Source of the DNA: Eledone cirrhosa
Lineage: Eukaryota
Direction: 5' to 3'
DNA: 64,000 nucleotides
NCBI GenBank assembly: GCA_964016885.1
Contig: OZ024759.1
Location: 17,856,001-17,920,000, forward strand
The notes under the pieces were generated by a model. The model did not search any database. It saw nothing but the letters and a program-made list of their open reading frames with translations, and was not told the DNA's origin. Shown here in pieces: positions 55,697 to 64,000 of this stretch (position 1 is its first letter; each line of letters starts with the position of its first letter). The translations under genes were made by a program, and so were the position numbers.

Positions 55697-56495
55697 CTTG
55701 TTGTCGTTGTTGTCGTTGTTGTCGTTGTTGTCGTTGTTGTTGTTGTTGTTGCTGCTGCTGCTGTTGTTGTTGTTGTTGTTGTTCTTTGCCTTCTCCTTCT
55801 TCGACTTCTTCTTCGCTTTCTTCTTCTTCTTCGCCTTCTTCTTCTTTTTCGCTTTCTTCTTCTTCGCTTTCTTCTTCTTCGCCTTCTTCTTTGCCTTCTT
55901 CTTCTTCTTCTTCTTCTTCTTCGCTTTCTTCTTCTTCTTCGCCTTCTTCTTTGCCTTCTTCTTTGCCTTCTTCTTCTTCTTCTTCGCCTTCTTCTTTGCC
56001 TTCTTCTTTGCCTTCTTCTTCTTCTTCTTTGCCTTCTTCTTTGCCTTCTTCTTCTTCTTCTTCGCTTTCTTCTTCTTCTTCTTCTTCTTCTTCTTTGCCT
56101 TCTTCTTCTTCTTCGCTTTCTTCGCCTTCTTCTTCTTCGCTTTCTTCTTCTTCGCCTTCTTCTTTGCCTTCTTCTTCTTCTTCTTCTTTGCCTTCTTCTT
56201 CTTCTTCTTCTTCTTCTTCTTCTTCTTCTTCGCTTTCTTCTTCTTCTTCGCTTTCTTCTTCTTCGCCTTCTTCTTTGCCTTCTTCTTCTTCTTCTTCTTC
56301 TTCTTTGCCTTCTTCTTCTTTTTCTTTGCCTTCTTCTTTGCCTTCTTCTTCTTCTTTGCCTTCTTCTTCTTCTTCTTCTTCTTCTTTGCCTTCTTCTTTG
56401 CCTTCTTCTTCTTCTTTGCCTTCTTCTTCTTCTTCACTTTCTTCTTCTTCTTTGCCTTCTTCTTCTTCTTCTTCACTTTCTTCTTCTTCTTCTTC
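55697..56495. repeat. (GTT/GCT)n followed by a cryptic (CTT)n array
   Basis: Direct inspection; poly-E/K/S/F ORFs open in several frames. Confidence 0.92.
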
Positions 56496-56888
56496 TACCA
56501 TTTTATTTTTCTTCAACAACATTCTGCATACTTGTTAAAATCATATGAAATGTATTTTCACTCCATGTGTTTAGATATGTACATCCATGTCTGCACTGTC
56601 TCACACACACACGCACGCACACACGCACACACGCACACACGCACACACGCACGCACGCACGCACACACACACACACGCACATGCACACGCACACACACAC
56701 ATGCACACACACGCACGCACGCACACACACACACACACACACACATGCACACACACACACACGTATATATGTATGTATATATATATATATATGTGTGTGC
56801 AGACACATGAATGTTCATACATAAACATATATTTCTATATATACACCCACTCATGTGTTTTTGCATATTCATTATTTTCTGTTTACTT

Positions 56889-56932
<44 letters not shown>

Positions 56933-56947
56933 TAGCGTGGATGATGA

Positions 56948-56996
<49 letters not shown>

Positions 56997-58019
56997 AATA
57001 TATACACACACACATACATACATATCTATATATATACATATATACATATATATATATATACATATCTATATACATATACATGCATATATATCTATAAGCA
57101 AAATGGAAAAATGGATGTTAAACGATGATATATATATAAATATATGTGTGAATATATATATATATATGTGTGAATATATATATATATATATATATGTGAA
57201 TATATATATATATATATATATAGTTTCGCAATTTATTCCTATTGAGTGCGTGTTTGAGTGTAGCAGTAGTAGTAGTAGTAGTTAGTAGTATTTTCACTAT
57301 ATGACCTGGGTATGTCTGTATTTTGGGTGACAGAGTAGAATTAAGCAATGCTGCACCTGAAGGAGGTGGAGGGAAGTGCAGGTTGGTGAACCGGGTGGGG
57401 GGTGGGGTGGAAGGGGGAGAATAAAGTTGAAGAGGAGGACGAAATGAAGGAGATGATGGGGGAGGGGGAGGGGGGAATCGAAAGGAAGAAAAGGAGAGGT
57501 AGATGAAGAAGACAGAGAGAGAAAAGAGAAAGAAAAGGAGAAGAGGGATAAAGATGAGGGGGAAGAGAATGACGGGTTAGGTAGGAGAAGGTGAAAGAGG
57601 TATAAAAGGAGAGGATGATGATGAGGGCGTAGAGATGGAGAGGTTCAGTAGGAGAAGGGGAAAGAGGTATAAAAGAAGAGGATGATGATGAGGGCGTAGA
57701 GATGGAGAGGTTCAGTAGGAGAAGGGGAAAGAGGTATAAAAGAAGAGGATGATGATGAGGGCGAAGAGATGGAGAGCTTCGGAAGGAGAAGAGGAAAGAG
57801 AAAGAAAAGAAGACAATGAAGATGAGGAAGAGGGGGAGGAGAATGGAGAAATAGAGGGAGAGGCTGAGAAGGGGTGGTCTTTAAAATACTGTGTTTTTCC
57901 ACCAAATCAAATTCACCACTATTTCATCTTTTCAATAGAACATGAAAGAAAGTTTGTTGGTTGTATATGGTTATTAACCAAACTTGCCGTGCTATAGTTT
58001 TTAATATTTTTTTGCTACC

Positions 58020-58052
<33 letters not shown>

Positions 58053-58177
58053 TTTGTGTGTGTGTGTATATATATATATACATATATGTGTGTGTGTGTG
58101 TATATACACACATACACACACACACATATATGTATATATATATATACACACTCACACGCACACATATGTGTGTGTCT

Positions 58178-58214
<37 letters not shown>

Positions 58215-58293
58215 CATTATGGCTAAACTAGGAAGGGATATATATATATATATACACACACACCCACACACACACACATATATGTGTGTGTCT

Positions 58294-58335
<42 letters not shown>

Positions 58336-58763
58336 CCACACACATATATGTGTGTGTGTCTGCTTATTTATATATATATATATATTCATTATAGCTAAAC
58401 TGGGAAGGGATATATATATATATGCACACACACACATATATACACAAACATATAGTTATGCAACATTTTTTGTTGTTGCCTTTATTTTCCAAACTCTGTG
58501 ACTTCATAGAAAAGTTTTCTTCGGAAATGTTGAAAATAATAATAATAATAATAATAATAGTAATAAAGGATAAAAACAGAAATAATTAAATTGGCAAAAC
58601 AAAAACACACACAAACAACACATAAAACAAAACAGAGTTGTCTAAAACTGACACAAAATACTTCTTTTTCTTTTAATATCTTTAACTGAGAAAACTCTCC
58701 TCCTTTCTCTCTCCAGCTTCCTACTCTCCGCTCTCTTCCTTTCTCTCTCATGCTCATAGTCGA

Positions 58764-58767
<4 letters not shown>

Positions 58768-58800
<33 letters not shown>

Positions 58801-59305
58801 TTTCCCTCTCTCTCACATACCCGACTCTCTCTCTCTCTCTTCCTTTCCCTCTCTCTCACATACCCGACTCTCTCTCTCTCTCTCCCTCTCTCTCCTCTCT
58901 CTCTTCCTTTCCCTCTCTCTCATCTTTCACATACCCGACTCACTCTCTCTCTTCCTTTCCCTCTCTCACATACCCAACTCTCTCTCTCTTCTTTTCCCTC
59001 TCTCACATACCCAACTCTCTCTCTCTCTCTCTTCTTTTCCCTCTCTCACATACCCAACTCTCTCTTTCTCCTTTTCCCTCTCTCACATACCCAACTCTCT
59101 CTCTCTTCCTTTCCCTCTCTCACATACCCAACTCTCTCTCTCTCTTCCTTTCCCTCTCTCACATACCCAACTCTCTCTCTCTCTCTTCCTTTCCCTCTCT
59201 CAAATACCCAACTCTCTCTCTCTCTCTCTTCTTTTCCCTCTCTCACATACCCAACTCTCTCTCTCTGTCTCTCTCTCTCACATACCCAACTCTCTCTCTC
59301 TCTTT
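58768..59305. repeat. (CT)-rich minisatellite, unit ~CACATACCCAACTCTCTCTCTCTTCCTTTCCCTCTCT
   Basis: Direct inspection. Confidence 0.9.
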
Positions 59306-59449
59306 CTTGTACCTAGGAATTAAAAGGTGCATGTGTGTCCATTTTAAACCATATTTTGTTGCCATATTTTTAAAGAAAGATACTGCCTATGATTTGAAAA
59401 TTAACTTAAATTAACAAAAAATTTACTAACAACTAAAATTTTCATTCAC

Positions 59450-60846
59450 TGAGGCCATCTTTGCTTTTAATTCTTCCATAGGTGTTAAACTAAAGTACCA
59501 GTCACATACTGAGTTCAATGTAATCAACGTTTCCTTGCCCACAAATTGTTAGCTTCATGTTTAACCCTCAAGCTTTTTAACCGGTCATATCCAGTCAGAA
59601 TTCTTTCACCTCTTTCTGTTCAAACCATCTGTAACCAGCCACTCATACTGATGTTAAGGTATTGTTCTCAAAATAGGTAATATAAACATCTCATAGTTTC
59701 AATATTATGTGAGATAATTATATGAGGTGAAGCCTTTTCAGTGAAAATACAATAGTAAATACAGAGTAATGTAAATACTAAAGGGGTAAATTAGAAATCT
59801 GGGTAACAGAATGGCAGAATTGGTAGAGTATTGGAAGAAATGTTTTAAAGTATTTCTCTTGGGTGTTAATGTTCTGAGTTCAAATCTCACTGAGGGCTGA
59901 GAGTTAACTTTGCCTTTTATCTTTCCAGGGTCGATAAAATAAAGTACCAGTTAAGAACATGGTTCAATGTAATCAATATTTCCTTCCGAAGAAATTATTG
60001 GTTTTGTGCTTAACCCTTTGGCATTTAAACCGGCCATATCTGGCCAGAATTCTCTCACCTTTTTCTGTTCAAACGGGCTGTGACCGGCCGCTCATACTGA
60101 TGTTAAGGTATTGTTCACAAAATAAAGAATATCAAAATCTTAACGATTCGATATTATGTGAGATATTATGTAAGAAAAAGCTTTTACTGCAAAAATACAA
60201 TAGTAAATATAGAGTAATCATCATCATCATCATTTTACGTCTGCTGCATTCAGCCAGAATTTTCTCACCTCTTCATGTTCAAACCAGCTGTTACGGGCTG
60301 CTCATACTGATGTTAACGTCTTGTTCTCAAAATAAATAACATCAACATCTCATAGATTTGATATTATGTGAAATAATTATGTGAGGTAAAGCCATGATCT
60401 CAGAAATGAAATAGTAAATATAGAGTAATGTAAATGATAAAGGGTTAAACTAGAAATTATTATGGGGTTAACTTTGCCTTTCATCCGTATGGGGTCGATA
60501 AAATAAAGTAGTAGTAATACACTGGGATAATTGCTAGCCTTGTGCCAAAAAGTAGAAACAATTATACTAATGTTAAGGTATTGTTTTTGAAATAAATAAT
60601 ATCAAAATCTCATAGATTATGTGAGATAATTATGTGAGGTAAAGCTTTTACTGTGAAAATACAATAGTAAATATAGAGTAATGTAAATGTTATGTGAGAT
60701 ATTATGTGAGGTAAAGCCTTTACTGTGAAAATACAATAGTAAATATAGAGTAATGTAAATGTTATGTGAGATATTATGTGAGGTAAAGCTTTTACTGTGA
60801 AAATACAATAGTAAATATAGAGTAATGTAAATGCTAATGAGTTAAA
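59450..60846 (+). mobile_element. Cluster of Meta-like SINEs and TTAA-CCCTTT MITEs (59562-59790, 60010-60448, partial 60565-60846 with 3 x ~72-bp repeats)
   Basis: TTAACCCTTTGGCATTTA...TAAATGATAAAGGGTTAA termini; SINE motifs TTAACTTTGCCTTT.ATC. Confidence 0.75.
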
Positions 60847-61133
60847 ATAATCAGTTTTGTATCATAGAACCAGAATTAGCTTCAAATAGTTTGGATTGAA
60901 AATGGTTGACAAAATAACTCAAGCACAAACATTTTGTGGTTAATTTTTTATTTGTTTATTTTTTTCATAATTTCACTATTATTTTTGATATTATAGACAC
61001 TTGTGAATACAAGCAAACAAATGTTTGTAAAATTGTTAGTGAATTTCAGTACTCATATATGTGTGTGCGTATATCATCAGTCTTTTACTACATATCGCAC
61101 AATGCTTTATATTGACTACACTACTATATATAT

Positions 61134-61478
61134 ATAGGAACAAGTATGACCCCGACGGCAGAGCTCCAATCTATACACCAGATTTTTTAGAATCTGCTGT
61201 ATAGATTTGAGATATACCAAATGCCATGATAGATTCATCTCTCTTTACAACAAATTTTGGACCAATCCTTTTGACAATTACTATCTTCCCATATAAGGAA
61301 ATACCCCCTGAGAAGTTCGGCTATTTATTTACCAGGCTGAAAATTCTTATTTAGTCCAGAAATAGCCATCGAAACGGCTTGAGCTCTGCTGTCGGGGTCA
61401 TCCTTGTTCCTATTACCCACTCTACTACCCTAAGTATTGAGTACTTTGGTGCGTTATGGTCCATCTGGTTCCTTCGTT
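61134..61478 (+). mobile_element. PLE pLTR family A with short inverted arm (61134-61166 / 61381-61413) retaining the whole hammerhead
   Basis: Tail essentially identical to 24928-24985; flanked by (TA)n. Confidence 0.85.
61295..61405 (+). ncRNA. Type I hammerhead ribozyme with long stem II, true stem III and variant core
   Basis: AAGGA-aat-ACCCC / CTGAGAA (61308-61314) / GGCTATTT...AAATAGCC / GAAA (61371-61374) / CGGC...GCTG / TC (C61393) / GGGGT-ca-TCCTT. Confidence 0.7.
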
Positions 61479-61630
61479 ATATATATATATATATTTGCAT
61501 CTGTGTATTCATGTGCATATTTCAAATTAAAAAATCCGAAGTAATTTATGTTTTTAGATGAAAGCTAGTCCCAGCAAGTTATAATGAATTTTTTAACTTG
61601 ATGTCTTTCAAATCCTCTTCATTATTTCAA

Positions 61631-61815
61631 GGGCGGTGAATTGGCAGTATCGGTAGAGGGTTGGATTATGCTTTCCAGCATAGTTATGTCCCTTTACGAT
61701 CTGAGTTCAATTCCCGCCGAGGCTAACTTTGCCTTTCATCCTTACGGGGTCGATAAAATAAAGTACCAGTAATGTACTGGGATAATTGCTGGCCTTGTGC
61801 CAAAAAGTAGAAACA
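61631..61815 (+). mobile_element. Young Meta-like SINE with 10-bp TSD
   Basis: TSD ATTATTTCAA at 61621-61630 and 61816-61825. Confidence 0.9.
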
Positions 61816-61886
61816 ATTATTTCAATGGGTTTGATATGATATATATATGTATATATGATTATAATGACAATGATACATATATGAAT

Positions 61887-61929
<43 letters not shown>

Positions 61930-61990
61930 TACACTTCTATGTGTATATGTGTGTGTGTGTGCATATATATTACATATATATAAATATATA

Positions 61991-62034
<44 letters not shown>

Positions 62035-62218
62035 CATATATATTATATATATATATGTGTGTGTGTGTGTAGATAAGGTAAAGGAAAGAAAAGTGCTCTA
62101 TGTATAGTTCTGATGAACGAGCTAGATGTTTCTGTAAGGATCATCTAGTTTCCTGAATCCCTTTGGTAATGGAATAATTATATTCTGTGGTGTATTATGT
62201 ACGTAAATATATATATAT

Positions 62219-62252
<34 letters not shown>

Positions 62253-62257
<5 letters not shown>

Positions 62258-62584
62258 AGGTGAGTTTTATTGTAGTACAATAAAGCAATGCAGATATCGG
62301 ATAAGAAGCACTCTACAGTTTGTAGGACTCGAGTATACATAATATATAAGATCAAAAGATGGTTAAAAGAGTTCCATGTATTTTATTATGCACATTTCAA
62401 AATGGTGCAGTTTTAAATCAACATATGTTGATTTAAAACTGCACCATTCACAAGTGTTTTTTAACCTTCATATCATGTCTTCCTATTTTATCTGATGAAA
62501 ACACAAATGTTATTGCATGATGATATTTGCTTTTGAAATGCGCATAATAAAATACATGGAACTCTTTTAACCATCTTTTGATCT

Positions 62585-62592
<8 letters not shown>
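62253..62592. mobile_element. Fold-back PLE pLTR family G, second copy, in (TA)n
   Basis: Tail is the reverse complement of 16696-16780; arms about 62341-62402 / 62531-62593; internal perfect palindrome 62401-62448. Confidence 0.85.
62484..62554 (+). ncRNA. Type I hammerhead ribozyme (family G)
   Basis: TATTTTAT / CTGATGA (62492-62498) / long stem II / GAAA (62535-62538) / TGCGCA / TA / ATAAAATA (perfect 8-bp stem I). Confidence 0.82.
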
Positions 62593-62616
<24 letters not shown>

Positions 62617-62622
<6 letters not shown>

Positions 62623-63861
62623 AGAAGCAAAAAATTGCTTATTGTGATCCAGTTCTTGGTTAAGAAAGCCAGTTTCATGGATGGTTTCAACGTACGGTTA
62701 GGGGTAACTCCACAAGTTTGTAAGAATTCCGTTCAATCTTGGAGTATAAAGTATAAAAGAGAAAACACAGGTAAGCATTAAGAGAAGGATTTTATCCAGG
62801 TATTTACGACCGTTTCATTGGTAAGTGCAACCTTATATTGCTGTACTGCAAATAGCAGCCACTCAATTATAATTGTTGTTCAGTCCAGATTTTCAAAATA
62901 GTTATGTAACTACCCTTGCAAACAAGACCTGGCAACTGAGGGAAAGTAACCATCAATACACCCTGAAGCGGAAAAAATTATCGAACGCGCCCCCATATCG
63001 GAGTGATATGAGAAGCTGTCGATTATGCGACCTTGAGCTGTTCCACATCTTGAGTTCGAAGAATAAGTTACTCAACAATAAAATCGAAAGATCAATTTAT
63101 TGTAACCATAGACTCAAAGAGAAGTTTTCGCACTACAAATCGAAACCTTAACCTCTTACTACCAACTGACAAACTGTATATACTTAGACTTTATACCCTC
63201 TTGTTGTATCTAAACCCTTTTAATTACCCACAAAACAATTCATATATCCCTCTCTTCTCCCTCATTCCTTCTCTATTTCTTTGTTTTCTTCCTTCCTTCC
63301 CTCCCCTTCTTGGCTATCTTTTCTTCTTTCTCACCCCCTTCTTTGATTTATTTTTGTCATTATTATCTTTATCTTTATTTTTTTTCTATATATATATATA
63401 TATATTTATCTCTTTATATCTCCCCCCCCCCCCCATCTCTCCCTCTCTATCCATCCCACCCACTATGATCAATTTAATTCTCTTTAACTCACTACATTCC
63501 ATGATATGAAGTCTGCTATCAAAACTGACCAAAGAATCCTTCCACCACTACACCTCCCTCCATCTCAGTTTGTCACTCTACTTCCTACCTCTTCCCCCTT
63601 CCTCTCTCTCTATACTATCCAGTTTGTCCCCTCACCTTCTGATTCCTCTCTCTCTATACTAGTAAATACAATTCCAAATAAATGTTTTTCTCTATATATT
63701 AAGAATTATTTCAAGAGTAACTTACTATTTTGAAAATTTGGACTGTGAACAACAATTATAATTGAGTGGCTGCTATTTGCAGTATAGCAATATAAGGTTG
63801 CACTTACCAATGAAACGGTCGTAAATCCTTCTCTTAATGCTTACCTGTGTTTTCTCTTTTA

Positions 63862-63866
<5 letters not shown>
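62617..63866 (+). mobile_element. 5'-truncated Penelope-like element: inverted pLTR with tail, GIY-YIG C-terminus, 3' region and pLTR, in (TA)n
   Basis: About 62748-62902 is inverted at 63724-63866; the enclosed ORF has PLE endonuclease C-terminal motifs. Confidence 0.85.
62903..63151 (+). pseudogene. PLE GIY-YIG endonuclease C-terminal fragment
   Basis: TTLANKTWQL...PY...CRLCDLE...I...LLNNKIE...CNH matches the TxL..W.L / CxLC..E..I / LN...E...CxH pattern of PLE endonucleases. Confidence 0.75.
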
Positions 63867-63898
<32 letters not shown>

Positions 63899-63916
63899 AA
63901 TGAGAAAGAGAGTGAG

Positions 63917-63964
<48 letters not shown>

Positions 63965-64000
63965 ATATATATATATAGGAAACAAGTCAGAAACTATTAC

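Noticed and set aside
55680-56810. Poly-Glu / poly-Lys (histone H1-like AKKK) / poly-Ser ORFs
   Set aside because: Cryptic (CTT)n repeat open in several frames on both strands; no unique coding flank

Overview
Very AT-rich, repeat-saturated animal DNA. The SINE/LINE repertoire and the huge (TA)n/(CA)n arrays suggest an octopus-like cephalopod (inference). I find no convincing host protein-coding exon; nearly all ORFs in the track are microsatellite translations. The real content is decayed RTE and CR1 LINEs, two tRNA-derived SINE families (CORE-type and Meta-like), TTAA-CCCTTT MITEs, a Tc1/mariner relic and several minisatellites. The most striking signal is about a dozen fold-back (inverted-repeat) elements from several families, mostly embedded in (TA)n tracts and with a one-sided 80-140 nt tail. 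One of them (62617-63866) encloses the C-terminus of a Penelope-like GIY-YIG endonuclease. Several carry complete type I hammerhead ribozyme motifs that I could fold by hand (1880-1945, 16587-16657, 46659-46724 plus its mirror copy, 61295-61405, 62484-62554), often with a long stem II and an extended, bulged stem I. Other notable items are capture of neighbouring DNA inside one hairpin, a SINE with a 3' tail stitched from two LINEs, a PHD finger inside an RT domain, a candidate recursive splice site and two enhancer-like motif clusters. All alignments and folds were done by eye.
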